The notes under the pieces: model-generated
Databases searched by the model: none
The model's input: the letters and a program-made list of their open reading frames with translations, nothing else
What the model was told of the DNA's origin: nothing
In this document: in pieces, positions 1 to 14,763 of the stretch
How positions within the stretch are numbered: the stretch's first letter is position 1
How the letters are laid out: each line of letters opens with the position of its first letter
Position numbers and translations under genes: made by a program
Source: the human T2T-CHM13v2.0 reference genome, Homo sapiens
Assembly (NCBI RefSeq): GCF_009914755.1
Contig: NC_060937.1
Reading direction: 5' to 3' (one strand)
DNA: 64,000 nt

Positions 1-1400
<1,400 letters not shown>

Positions 1401-1502
1401 GTGTTCTTTTCTTTTTCTTTGGGAATTTCTCCATAGGTCCTATAGAACTAGAGCCTAGTCTTAGTGGATTTATGGCTGGTTTGGTCAAGCTTCTTATCCC
1501 AC

Positions 1503-1530
1503 TGTGTGTTTGTGTGTGTGTGTATGTGTG
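1503..1530. repeat. Imperfect (TG)n microsatellite
   Basis: tgtgtgtttgtgtgtgtgtgtatgtgtg. Confidence 0.9.
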
Positions 1531-1534
1531 ATTT

Positions 1535-1708
1535 TCTATTTTTATAGACTTAGAGAAGGTACAAATGCTGACTTGTTATGTGGATATTTTGTGTAGTGGT
1601 GACGTCTGGGCTTTCCATGCAACTATCACACAGATGGTGCACATTGTACCCATTAGGTAATTTCTCATCCCTCATTCTCCTTCACTTCTCCGATGTCTAG
1701 TATTCCAC
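1535..1708 (-). mobile_element. L1PB-like 3' UTR fragment
   Basis: cattgtacccattaggtaatttctcatccctc resembles an L1PB/L1MA 3' end, antisense. Confidence 0.7.
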
Positions 1709-2204
1709 CAAGAGAGGGAGAGAGATTCTAATCTTTCCCCTAGCCAGCAGAGATTGATGCTGCAGGACAGCAATCAATGAAAACCTTCTCCTGTAGTCAG
1801 CCTGTCCCACTCACTGACGACTGCTTCCTGACTTCTCATCCCTCCCTGCCTTTTCTGTGCCAGATGGGATTAGGGAAGCTCTTGCCATCAGTGCACTTAC
1901 CCCAGTCTGTTACAAAAAAGAGATTGTTGGTGTTCTCTCTCATAATTTGCAACATCTTGGAAAAATGGATGTGGCTGGCTTTGTCTGTGGTCTGTAGCCA
2001 CAGGCATGCTCTCCTGGCATCTTCCCACGCCAATTCTTTTGACTTCCTCTGAATTTGGCAGCCCTTTCTCATATATGGTGGTTCAAGGCCACAGTAGGCT
2101 ACCAATTTTGTTGAAGTTAGAGCCTGCATTTGTTTCTAACTCTTACTGTTTTTTATAGTGTCATTGAAAGGAGAAAGGAGCAAAATTGTCTTGCCTGCAT
2201 ACAC

Positions 2205-2562
2205 CTTTATTTTTTGTAATTATTTTATTTCAGTAGCTTTAGGGATACAAGTGGCTTTTGGTTACATGGGTGAATTGGATAGTGGTTAAGTATGGTATTT
2301 TAATGACCTGTTACCTGAGTAGTGTACTTTGTACCCTACAGAGAGTTTTTCGTCCCTCACCACCCTCCCACCCTCCTCACTTCTGAGTCTCCAGTGTCTA
2401 TTAAACCACTCTGTATGCCTTCCCATGCCCATAGTTTGGCTCCCACTTATAAGTGAGAATGTGCAGTATGTGGTTCTTCATTCCTGAGTTACTTCACTTA
2501 TGATAATGGCCTCCAGTTCCATCCAAGTTGCTGCAAAAGACATTATTTCATTCTTTTTTATT
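2205..2562 (-). mobile_element. L1PB 3' end
   Basis: ctcccacttataagtgagaatgtgcagtat...ccatccaagttgctgcaaaagacattatttcattc. Confidence 0.85.
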
Positions 2563-2944
2563 TGTCTGCATATTTTAGATTATAAGCCCTTTGTCGCATT
2601 GAAATGAATCATGTTTGAATCAGTCACGTAGAGTGGATTTTCTTCCCCTAAGAATTCTATTTTGTGTCAGGAATTTATCTTTCATTCATTTTAAGGTTTT
2701 GATATTATGCTTTCTAAGCGTATGAAAACAGGTGAAATATGTGCTTAAATATCAAGAAAAAAGGTCTTCTGTTTTTTCTAAGTATAAGAAGACTTAAAGA
2801 GGAAGCTAGTATCTTATGAGAATAAGTGCCCAAGCTTTTAATATGGCATCAAGGACTGATACCTTCTTATGGCTAGATTTATTAAAATAGGTGTTTGATA
2901 TATTCCACTGAACAGAAAGGTGGTTTTAATAGTACTCTCTAGAG

Positions 2945-3164
2945 TAAGGGTGGGCAAATGATGATCGTCAGGCTAAATATTTGCTACCTGTTTTGAAAAT
3001 AAACTTTTATTAGAATACAGCCATACTCACTCACTTATATATTGTCTATGGCTTCTTTCATGCTGTTATGGCAGAACTTTGAGTATTTGTGCCAGAAATC
3101 AAGCAGCCTACAAATTCTAAGGTATTTATCTTTCCCTTTACAGAAACAAATTGCTGACCCCCTG
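2945..3164 (+). mobile_element. MER58A (hAT-Charlie MITE)
   Basis: Termini gggtgggcaaa...ttgctgaccccctg; internal aataaacttttattagaatacagcc; degenerate 8-bp TSD ctctagag/ctatagaa. Confidence 0.85.
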
Positions 3165-4602
3165 CTATAGAAGAGCAAATTCTCTGTCACCTTGCAATTC
3201 TCCATTTCTATGTTTTTCCATTATAATCACTCTAAGAATAAATCAGAAATCTCCATCTCCCATTTCTATCCTCTTAGTAATAGTATGTGAAAGTTTGGCA
3301 GACGTTTTAAATTGTTAGCCACAGACCTGACCCAATTTTTGTATGCAATCTATTTACTTTTTGGAAGATGCTAGAAAATTAAGTTTTTAAAGATTTCAAG
3401 GTAAAGAGCAAAGTTATGATATTTTACTGTTGTCTTTGTCATCCTTTTTGATATTTAGAAGACTGTCATGTACTATATTGATATCTCTTGGCCGTATAAC
3501 TGCCTCCAAATTTTCTTAGTATCTATTTTGGGGATGATCATGATCCATGACATTTAGAATCATTTGCAATTGACCCTAGTGACCAAGACCATATTAGAAC
3601 ATTGTGGAATATAAAACAACTTTATTCATTGAAACACTTCTTTTTCTTCTACTTTTTATTTCCAGGCATTTTTTTATTGCCATCAGAAATTATAGTTATT
3701 ATTCCCTCACTGTATTTGTTCTAAAAGCAAAATAACTTCAGTCAAGAAGGCATCATTCTTGCCTGGGAAGGCAGTAATTGAACCAATATGCAGGGCATTA
3801 AAACCACACAGTAAGATTTATTACTTTTGGTTTTGTTGCCCATCTATTTCTGTTATTTTTCTCCATAAATCCTTGATATTTTGATTCAAACACACCTAAT
3901 GGTTGTTGGAGTGTCCCCTACTTTTCTCCCTGTGTGAAGAATGCTAGTTAATTTAAAATTTTGCTTGCTTACTTTAGATTTCAACCTTTGCTCCTCTCAA
4001 TCTTCTCCAAATCTCATCTGCCCTGGAGCCCAGATGAGAACTGGGGGTGAGGGCAGATGTTCCATACTATCAGAGTGCTGTGACAAACCATGCCAGCTCC
4101 CCTTGCAGCATCAGATAATGGGCTGTCTTTTAAATGAGAACATAGAAGTGCTTACTCCCATTCAGCTTGAAATCCTTCAATACCAGATGTTTTTTCTGTT
4201 GCATCTGGATTTGGCTGTTGGAGTTTTATCATCCTTTCTTCAATGACACAACATATCCAGGTTGTTGAATGGTGTATCACTGCCTGTGTTTTCTTAGCCA
4301 TTACATTGTCCACCTCATGGATATGGATGCTGGAGAAGGTGTGTGTCTGTCTGGTAGCTCAGTCACTACCACCATTTGTGTTCTCACCGCAGAAAAGAAT
4401 GCAAATTGGAAATACCTAAAAATCCTCTGGGATTATGTAATTCTGAACTGGCGTCCACATTTTGTTGTATTCTGTATGCTTACACTGATATTGAGTTATA
4501 CATTGGTTATATACCCTTACTACATTTAAGAATATAGGAGTTGGCTTTCTATGAAACTTATTTTCATATTTTGCTTTAGAGTCAAGGAAGGAATGGAGAT
4601 GA

Positions 4603-4790
4603 ATGAGTGCTTATTGAACCAAGTGCCAAGTGTTATTATGCTTTACATACATATGTTAAATAATCCTGGCAATGACTCTGCAAGAGAGGTAAAATAGAAT
4701 CTATGACACAGACGGCCTTCAGGTCAAAAGATGCGCCTGAGTTTATCTCATGCTCTAGTGCCAGGATCTCAATGCCTACATCTGTTACTC
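4603..4790 (-). mobile_element. MIR fragment
   Basis: gagtgcttattgaaccaagtgccaag...aatcctggcaatgactctgcaagagagg resembles an antisense MIR tail. Confidence 0.45.
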
Positions 4791-4919
4791 CTTCTCTCCC
4801 TGTTACATCACCCTTTCCTTTACTATATATTTTAAGTTTTATTATGTCTTGATTTTAAAATGTTCAACTGCCTAATAACTCCTGTTTATTTTGTTATGGA
4901 CATTTTAGATATATTTTAC

Positions 4920-5435
4920 CTTTTATTATATTGCTGTATAACATAGTACAGTGCACATAGTGTTAAGTGTACAGCTCGATTTTTCTCCAGTGAACATACC
5001 CATGTTATTAGCACCCAGGTGGAGAAATAGAAGAATACCAGCATCCCAGAAATGCTCTTTATTCTCCATTTTATTCTCTTTCCCCAAACTCCCTACTCCA
5101 AGAGTAACTGCTATCCTGACTTCTAGCAGCAAAAATTCGTTTTGTTCTCGAATTTTATGTTAATGGAATCATACAGTATGTACTCTTTTATATCTGGATA
5201 CTTTTTCTCAACATTTCGTTTATGAGATTGATCCTTACTGTTGCTTGTAGCTGTAGATTGCTTTATAACATTCTATTGTGTGAAGATTCTCATTTATCCA
5301 TTCTTCTGTCTCTAGGCTTTTGACTAGTTTCTAGTTTGGGGATATTATGAATAGTGCTGTTATCAGACTAGTATATGTCTTTTGATAAACATAAGTATAT
5401 GTATGTTGGGTATATACCTAGGAGTGGAATTGCTG
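4920..5435 (-). mobile_element. L1ME-like 3' end
   Basis: gtgcacatagtgttaagtgtacagctc...taatggaatcatacagtatgtactc...atacctaggagtggaattgctg. Confidence 0.8.
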
Positions 5436-5577
5436 TCTTTTTTTTTTTTTTTAAAGAACAATTTCAGTAGGCATACTAAATCATTGGTTTATTCAACAAT
5501 TATCTTTGGAGATTTTTAAACATTCCTATGCCTAATTCCACCTTATAAATTTAAATTCAGGTCATCCATCTGGAGTA

Positions 5578-6012
5578 ATGATGAAGGACAGAGGAGTCCT
5601 AAAGTGGGGCTTAGTCTGGGAGGGTTCTTGGCTTTGCCTAGGAAAGAATTGCTCTGAAGTGCTATGGCTCTGTGACTGATTCCACAGAGCAGGGCTACCC
5701 CACAGGCAATGTGGTGGGCATAGAAGCTCAGAAGCAGTTCTGTAGTCATATTTCTTCCCATTTCTAATTACATGCAGATTAAGGGGTAGTCTATGCAGAA
5801 ATTTCTAGAAAAGGGGTGATAACTTCCAGGTCATTGGGTCTTTGCCATGAAAAGGTATGATAACTTTTGGACATTGCCATGGCAATGGTAAACATGGCAC
5901 ATTGGTGGGCATGTCTAATTGGGGGGTACTTCCAGACCTGGTTTTAAACTAGTTCTCAATTTGGTCCTGTGACAGAGCTCCGCCTCCAGAGTTAAGTCCC
6001 ACTTCCTACCTG
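5578..6012 (-). mobile_element. ERV1 solo LTR, MER66-like
   Basis: Ends ...gagttaagtcccacttcctacctga; internal ttgccatggcaatggtaa and gggttcttggctttgcctaggaaagaatt typical of the MER66 group. Confidence 0.7.
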
Positions 6013-6232
6013 ATTAAGACTAAGTTATAAGTTATCTTCATTAAAAACAAAACCTCATGGAAATTCACTTATGCAGCAAAAGTTGAGAATAACTGATTGT
6101 TTTTATGGCAAACCATGTTAAATATTCCTTAGATATATTTTTTACACTTTATATAAGGGTATGTGTATATATATATATATTATCTAATGATATTTTACAA
6201 GTGTAAACAAACATTTCTATTTAGCTACTTTC

Positions 6233-6605
6233 TTTTTTTTAAATTTTATTACACTTTAAGTTTTAGGGTACATGTGCACAACGTGCAGGTTTGTTACATA
6301 TGTACACATGTGCCACGTTGGTGTGCTGCACCCATTAACTCATCATTTAGCATTAGGTATATCTTCTAATGCTATCCCTCCCCCCCCCCCACCCACCCCA
6401 CAACAGTCCCCGGTGTGTGATGTTCCCCTCCCTGTGTCCATGTGTTCTCATTGTTCAATTCCCACCTATGAGTGAGAACATGCGGTGTTTGGTTTTTTGT
6501 CCTTGCGATAGTTTGCTGAGAATGATGGTTTCCAGCTTCATCCATGTCCCTACAAAGGACATGAACTCATCATTTTTTATGGCTGCATAGTATTCCATGG
6601 TGTAC
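6233..6605 (-). mobile_element. Young 5'-truncated L1PA (about L1PA3-5) 3' end
   Basis: Near-consensus L1PA 3' UTR; exact 14-bp TSD atttagctactttc at 6219-6232 and 6606-6619. Confidence 0.95.
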
Positions 6606-6966
6606 ATTTAGCTACTTTCAATCATTCTCTTTCATTTTTAAAAAGAACAAGATATTTTAACTTGTTTCAGTTCTATCTAGTGTTTACTTAGTGCCTGTTT
6701 TGTGTTTAGCTCTCAAGGATTTGATGTTTTCATATAGCAGGTGTTTTTCAGACTAAAGAATTAAGTTGTTTTTGTTATAAAAGTAATTTATACTCTTTGT
6801 AAAGAAAATAAATGAGGCAGTAGAGAGAGATATAAAAATGAAAGTTCTGCTTGTTCACCCACCACCTCTCAGTCTAAACTTTCCAGAGGCAACCACCATC
6901 TCCTTCCTCCATTTTCTAAGCATATGTGAGGTGTTTGACTTTTGTTTGGTGATATGGTACTCTCGT

Positions 6967-7132
6967 TTGTGACCTTAGGCTAGCCAGGTCATTCTGAGCC
7001 TGTTTCCTCTTCTATAAAATGGGGTGGCATAGGATTATTGTGAGGATGAATGTGACAACATCTGGAAAGTAGCAAATATAGTACCTGGCATGTGATAGGC
7101 ACTTCATAAATGGAACAATTAGGATTATAATT
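6967..7132 (+). mobile_element. MIR
   Basis: ctgagcctgtttcctcttctataaaatgggg...gtgaggatgaatg...gtacctggcatg. Confidence 0.8.
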
Positions 7133-7707
7133 ATGATACTGACTAACAGTCTGCTTTCAGAACAAAGTACTTTAATGAGGTAAGAGGAAAGTGCTTTGTA
7201 TGATACATTTAGGCAGTATTGCTCACCTTACAAAAATGTCTATTCCATTTTAATCCAATTTCCACATAAGCAGAAGCAAGTTGGAAGCTCGTGCCATTCA
7301 CAGAAAATGTCAGAGATAATGTTCTTATAATTTGCTGAGTTACAAATATGCCAAGCTTCCTGAAGGTAAATTTTCTGGGATCCAGACATCTCTCACTGTC
7401 AGAAATATGACAAAGTTTCATGCTTATATTCACAGCTTGTGTGGCATAATGCATTTTTGTCACTATGCCTCTATTCAAATGCACTTTTATCGTGGTACAA
7501 ATACAAGATTCCTAATTTCTAAACTATTGTATTGCATTTTGGTTTCTTTCATTTTCCATGAAACTTGTTCCTGACACTTCACTAAAGGCTTACCTTTAGT
7601 TGGCACACCACAAGCTATGAGATGGTCCCCTCAGGCTCCTTGTTCAATTTCGTGATGATGTGATTAGACTTACACACAACCCATAAATACAACCCCACTA
7701 GTTCTAC

Positions 7708-7922
7708 TTTATTAATTGATTGACAGGTTTTGGCTCTGTTGCCCAGGCTGTAGTGTGGTGATGTGGTCAGAGCTCACTGCAACCCTGAATTCCTGAGCTC
7801 AAGTGATCCCACTGCCTCAGCATTCCGAGTTGCTAGGATTACAGACATGTGCCACCATGCCCAGCTAATTTGTGTGTGTGTGTGTGTGAAGATGAGCTCT
7901 TGCTATGTTGCCCAGTCTGGTC
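7708..7922 (-). mobile_element. AluJ, 5'-truncated, with (TG)n in the linker
   Basis: tcctgagctcaagtgatcc and ttgctatgttgcccag are AluJ-type. Confidence 0.85.
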
Positions 7923-8875
7923 ATAGTTTTTCTTTAAACAGAATTATTTCTGCTGATTTCCTCTACATGTTCCAACACATGCTTGCTCATTTACAACCGT
8001 GAGATAGCATGCAATTAACAGGCCCACTATAGTTACAGTGTTCTCACTGCCTGTGAGGATCTTAAGATATGCTGTTCTACTTTATAGATGTAGCCCAATG
8101 CGTAACAGTGTGAGTACCATAACTATTGAATAGATCAAATAAGTAGGTGGCTGAGTGCTCCTCACAATATGTAAGGAGATATGTATATATGTAGTCGATG
8201 TGTTCTGAAAGAATTGTGGCTAATTTTTGTAAACTTGAACTATATTTTATTAATTTACTTATTTTGTAAACTTGAATTTTATTCAAGATGGAAAGGTAAT
8301 GGCTATTTCAAACAAACCCGAGATAAATGCTTTTGAGAAGTTTTTTTTAATGAATCATTCCTCTGCTTTATAAGAAGGGATCAGAATCATCTTTTGCATT
8401 TAATTGTGGGCCATATGAAAAGCTAAGGATGATCATATGCAGAAGAGCAAAAGAATTAGGTTTTACTGGAGGTTCATATAGCTCAGTAACATAAATTGAT
8501 TTCCCCTCACAGCATCCGGCTTGAAAAATAGATGTCCTCTAAGCAATCACATTGTTCTTAAACATTCTCTTTTTGTTTTTCTAAGTATTGAACATGATGA
8601 CCTAATTTAAGGAAAGTAAGGGAAGCTTAAAACAGTTTGGTTCAACTACTAGAAAAACAATGTGAGATTTTCCCACTGAAAATGAGGCATTTCAATCCAA
8701 AAGGTTAAATACAAGTCAATCAACCTGAGCAGGTGTACTGTTTACAACTATAATCAATACTGGTAATATTATGCATATTTCTACAAATTAGCCATTTCAT
8801 ATTACCCTTAAAAAATGAGTGCCCTGGTGGAACCCAAAACAAAAGGAAATCTACCTGTGATGTATTCTATACATC

Positions 8876-10462
8876 CTTTTTAAAAGGACTTTTAGAGCAG
8901 TCTTAGGTTCACAGCAAAATTGAGATGAAGGTACAGGTTCCCATATACCCCTCTAACTTCCCATTAGCAACATCCCCCACCAGAGTGGTACATTATTATA
9001 ATCTATGAACCTACATTGATACATCATCATCCCAAGTTCATAGCTTTACATTAGGGTCTTCTTCTGGTGTTGTACATTCTATGAGTTTGGACAAATGTAT
9101 AATGATGGGTATCCATCATTGTAGTATTAGTGTATTTTCCATTGTCCTAAAAATCCCCTGTGCTCTGTCTATTCATCCCTTCCTCCAGTCCCTGGCGTCC
9201 ATTGATCTTTTCATTGTGTCTGTGGTATTGCCTTTTCCAGAAGGTCATGTAGTTGAAATCATACTATAAGTAGCCTTTTCAGACAGTCATCTTTCACTTA
9301 TAACATGATCTAAGGTTCCTTATGCCATTTAATGGCTTGATAGCCATTTCTTTTTAGCACTGAATAACATTCCATTGGCTTAATGTACCACAGTTTGTGT
9401 TAAACTTATGTCCTTTGTCTTGGAGTATTTTGTGGAGATTTATTGCGAGTTTCTGCATAGATAGTCATGTGATTTGCAAATAGGGCTACTCTTCTTTCCA
9501 ATTGATGCCTTTTATGACTTTTTATTATTGCACTGGCTAGTCCAGCATTATGTTGAATTAACATGGTAAGAGTGGACATCTTTGCCTTATTCTTGTCTTT
9601 CATCATTAAGTATAATGTCAGCTGTAGGGTTTCAAGTATAACATTAAGTATAAAGTAAGCTATAGGCTCTTTATTATGTCAAGGAAGTTCTCCTCTATTC
9701 CTGTTTTTTGAGAGTTTTTATAATAGTTATTGAAGTTTGTCAAATGCTTTTTCTGTGTCCATTGATATGATCTTGATTCATTCTTTTTTAGCTTGTTAGT
9801 AAGGTCAGTTACTTTTTTTTTTTTAATATTAAACCAGCTTTGCATCCCTGGAGTAATCCCAACTTGGGCATGGTGTATACTTCGTTTTGTGTTGCTGAGT
9901 TCTGTTTGTCAATATTTGGTTGAGAATTTTTGTTGATGCCATGAGGGATATTGGTCTGTAGTGGTTTCTATGATACTTTTTTGGATTGGTATTGGTAATG
10001 CTAGTTTTATAAAATGAATTGGGAACTGTTTTCTACCTCTTCTGTTTTCTGGAGGAGACTGTGTAATATTGATGTTAATTCTTCTTTAAACATTTGGCAT
10101 AGTCTACAGTGAAACCATCTGGGGGCTAAAGATTTATTTTTTGGATGTGTTGAAATTAAGAATTCAAATAACTCAATAATTACAGGGCTATAAAACTAGT
10201 TATTTCACACTGAGTGAAGTGTGGTAGTTTGTGTTTTTTAAGGAATTGGTCCTTTTCATCCAAATTGTCAAATTTATATGTGTAGAATTGTTCATAGTAG
10301 TCCCTTATTATTCTTTTGATGTCTACAATGTTTTAGTGATAACCTGGGTTTAGTTCATGAAGATAATTTGTGTCTTTTCTCTCTTTTGTCAGTCTTGACA
10401 AACCTCTAGATTTTCAATTTTTAAAAGTCTTTTCAAAAAACCAGGTTTGTTTCATTCTTTTC
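8876..10462 (-). mobile_element. L1MC1-like 3' end plus ORF2 remnant (3' part of an old, near full-length L1)
   Basis: ttttagagcagtcttaggttcacagcaaaattgag is an L1MC1-type 3' end; ORF2-like peptides in the track (MQSWFNI...). Confidence 0.8.
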
Positions 10463-11832
10463 TTTTTAACATTTCACCTTTTATTTTTGATCCTGGCGGT
10501 ACATGGGCAGGTTTGTTATGTTGGACTATTATGTGATGCTGAGGTTTGAGGTAGAAAGCCCATCACCTAGGTAGTGAGCATAATACCCAATAGGTAGTTT
10601 TTTGACCAACCCCTCCCTCCTTTTTCTTCCCCCACCCCAGTAGCCTGTAGTGTCTATTGTTTCCATATTTATCTCCATGTATGCCTAATGTTTAACTCCC
10701 ACTTACAAGTGAGAACATGCAGTGTTTGTTTTTTTTTTCTGTTCCTGCATTAATTTGCTTAGTATTATGGCCTCCAACTACATTCAGGTTGCTGCAGAAG
10801 ACATGATTCCATTCTTTTAATGGCCAAATAGTATTCCATGCTGTCTATGTACCACCTTTTCTTTATTCATTCTACCATTGATGGGCACCTAGCTTGATTC
10901 CATGTCTTTGCTATTGTGAATAGTGCAGTGATGAACATACAAATGCGTGTCTTTTTGGTAGAATGATTCCTTTTCCTTTGAGTATATTCCAAGCAATGCG
11001 ATTGCTGGGTCAAAAGGTAGCTCTGTTTTTAGTTCTTTGAGAAGTCTCCAAACTGCTTCCCAAAATGGCTGGACAATTTACATTCCCACTAGCAGTGTAT
11101 AAGCGTTCCCTTTTCTCCACAGCCTCGGCAGCATCTGTTTTTTGGCCTTTTAGTAGCCACTCTGACTAGAGTGAGATGGTATCTCATTGTGGTTTTGATT
11201 TGCATTTCTCCAATTAGTGATGCTGAGCAGTTTTTCGTATGTTTGTTGGTCACTTGTATGTCATCTCTTGAGATGCGTCTGTTCATGTCATGTGCCCATT
11301 TTTTAATGAAGTTGTTTTTTGCTTGTTGACTTAAGTTTCCCATAGATTGTGGATATTAGGCCTTTGGCAGATGCATAGGTTGTGAATCTTCTCCCATTCT
11401 GTAGGTTGTCTGCTTACTTTGTTGATAGTTTCTTTCTCTGTGAAGAACCTCTTTAGTTTAATTAAGTCATGCTTGTCTATCTCTGTTTTTGTTGCAATTG
11501 CTTTTGGGGACTTAGTCAAAAATTCTTTGCCACGATTGATGTTCAGAAACGTATTTCCTAGGTTGTCTTCTAGGATTTTATAGTTTGAGGTCTTATATTT
11601 AAACCTTTGAGAGTTAATTTTTGTGCATGGTGAAAGGTAGGGATCCAGCTTCCATATTCTCTATTTAGCTAGCCAGTTATCTCAGCAGCATTTACTGAAT
11701 AAGAGGTCTGTTCTCCATTGCTTTTTTGGTTAGTCTGTCAAAGATCAGATGATTGTAGTCATGTGGCTTTATTTCTGAGTTTTCTGTACTGTTCCATTGG
11801 TGTATGTTTCTATTTTTGTGCCAGTACCATGG

Positions 11833-12139
11833 TTTTTTTTTTTTTTTTTGGAGACGGAGTCTCACTCTGTCACCCAGGCTGGAGTGCAGTGGCACAATCT
11901 CAGCTTACTGCAAGTTCCACCTCCCAGCCTCCTGGATTCAGGCCATTCTCCTGCCTCGGCCTTCTGAGTAGGTGGGACTACAGGCGCCCACCACCACACC
12001 CAGCTAATTTTTTGTATTTTTAGTAGAAACGGGGTTTCACCGTGTTAGCCAGGATGGTCTCGATCTACTGACCTCGTGATCTGCCTGCCTCAGCCTCTCT
12101 AAGTGCTGGGATTTCAGGCGTGAGCCACCGCGCCTGGCC
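11833..12139 (-). mobile_element. AluY
   Basis: Diagnostic ctgcaag...ccattctcc and gttagccaggatggtctcgatc; TSD beginning taccatg on both sides. Confidence 0.9.
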
Positions 12140-13865
12140 TACCATGCTGTTTTGTTTACTGTAGCTTAGAGTTTGAAATTGGGTAATGTGATGCTTCTGG
12201 CTTTGTTCTTTGTGCTTAGGATTGCTTTGGTTATTTGGGTTATTTTTGGTTCCATATAAATTTTAGAATAGTTTTTCCTAATTCTGTGAAGAATGACATT
12301 GGTAGTTTGATAAGAATGGCATTGAATCTGTAAATTACTTTTGGTAAATGACCATTTTTATGTTGATTCTTGTAATCTATGAGCATGGAATGTTTTTCCA
12401 TTTGGTTTGCTAATATTTTATTGAGGATTTTTGTGTCTATGTTCATCAGGGATATTGGCCTGAAGTTTCAATTTTTGTGTGTGTGTCTCTGCCAGATCTG
12501 GGTATCATCAGGCTAATGCTAGCTTCATAGAATGAGTTAGCAAGGAGACCCTCCTCCTCAATTTTTTTAAATAGTTTCAGTAAGATTAGCACCAGCTCTT
12601 CTTTATACAACTGGTAGAAGTCAGCTGTGAATCCATCTGGTCCTGGGCTTTTTTGTATGTGTGCTAGGTTCTTTATTACTGATTGAATTTCAGAAGTTGG
12701 TATTGGTCTATTAAAGGTCCCAAACTCTTCCTGATTCAATTTGGGGAGATTCTGTGCTTCCAGGAATGTATTCTTTTCCTCTAGATTTTCTAACTTATCT
12801 GCATGGAGTTGTTTATAGTAGTCTCTGAGAATCTTTTATACTTCTATGGGATCAGTTGCAATAATATTGCCTTTGTCATTTCTGATTGTGTTTATTTGGA
12901 TCTTCTCTTTGTTTTTCTTTGTTAATCTAGCTAATGGTCTACTGATCTTAGTTTTTCAAAGAACCAACTGTTTATTTCATCTTTTGTATGGATTTTTGCA
13001 TCTCAAGTTCATTAAGTTCCTCTCTAATTTTAATTATTTCTTTTCTGCTAGGTTTGAGGTTGGTTGGTTCTTTTTTTTCCTAGTTCCTTTAGATGCAAAT
13101 TTATATTGTTAATTTGACATCTTTCTAACTTCTTGATGATAAGTGATTTGATTAGAACTATAAACTTTCCTCTTAATACTGCTTTGGCTGCTTCTCAGAG
13201 ATTTTGGTAAATTGTATCTCTTTTAATTAATTTCAAAGAATTCTGTGATTTCTGCCTTTAATTTCGATATTCACTCAGAAGTTGTTCAAGAGTAAGTTGC
13301 TTAATTTCCATGTATTTGTGTAGTTCTTAGAGATCTTTTTGATATTCATTTATATTTTTATTACATTGCAGTCCCAGAATATGCTTGGTATGATTTCAGT
13401 TATTTTCAATTTATTGAGACTTGCTTTATGACTGAGCATGTGATTGATCTTAGAATATGTTCCATGTGCAGATGAGAAGAATGTATATTCTGTGGTTGTT
13501 GGTGGAGTGTTCTGTAGATATCTATTAGGTCCAACTGGTGAAGAGTCAAGTTTAAGTCCAGAGTTAGTTACTTTTTGTTGATCTGTCTAATGTTGTCAGT
13601 GGGAGTGTTGAAGTTTCCTATATTATTGTGTGGTTGTCTAAGTCTTTTCATTGGCCAAGAAGAACTTGTTTTCTGAATCTGGGTGCTCTAGTGTTGGATG
13701 CATATATATTTAGGATATTTAAGGCTTCTTGTTGCATTGTACCCTTTATCATTATGTAATTCCCTTTATAATGTATTAATGCATGTCCTTCTTAATTTTT
13801 ATTGGTTTAAAGTACATATTAATTTCCTTCTTAATTTTTATTGATTTAAAGTCTGTTTTATCTGA

Positions 13866-14336
<471 letters not shown>

Positions 14337-14356
14337 CACTCTGTGTCTTTTAAGTC

Positions 14357-14477
14357 AGGGGTCCCCAACCCCAGACCTATACTGGTCTGTGGCATGTTAG
14401 GAATCAGGCTGCACAGCAAGAGATAAGTGGTGGGCAAGGGAGCAAAGAAGCTTCATCAGTATATACAGCCACTCCTC
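14357..14477 (+). mobile_element. MER1 (hAT-Charlie) 5' fragment
   Basis: Terminal caggggtccccaacccc; ggctgcacagcaag...gaagcttcatc. Confidence 0.8.
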
Positions 14478-14640
14478 CTTCTGCCAATATCTATATTTTA
14501 ATTGATATATTTAGATAATTTCTATTTAATGTATTTCTTAATTTGTAAGACTTAAGCCTTTCATTTTATTTTTTTCTTTCTTTGTATTTTCTTATTCTTA
14601 GTTTTGTTTCTGCCTTCCTGTGGGTTACTTGAACTTTTTA

Positions 14641-14763
14641 TTCTTTTTGGGGGACAGAATCTTGCTCTGTCATCCAGACTGGAGTGCAGTGGCCATGCCC
14701 AGCTAATTTTTGTATTTTTTTTTTTTTTATAGACACAGGGTTTCTCCATGCTGCCCGGGTTGG
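14641..14763 (-). mobile_element. Truncated, internally deleted Alu
   Basis: ggagtgcagtggc joined directly to catgcccagctaattttt; flanks ggttacttgaacttttt / ggttagttgaacattttt. Confidence 0.8.
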
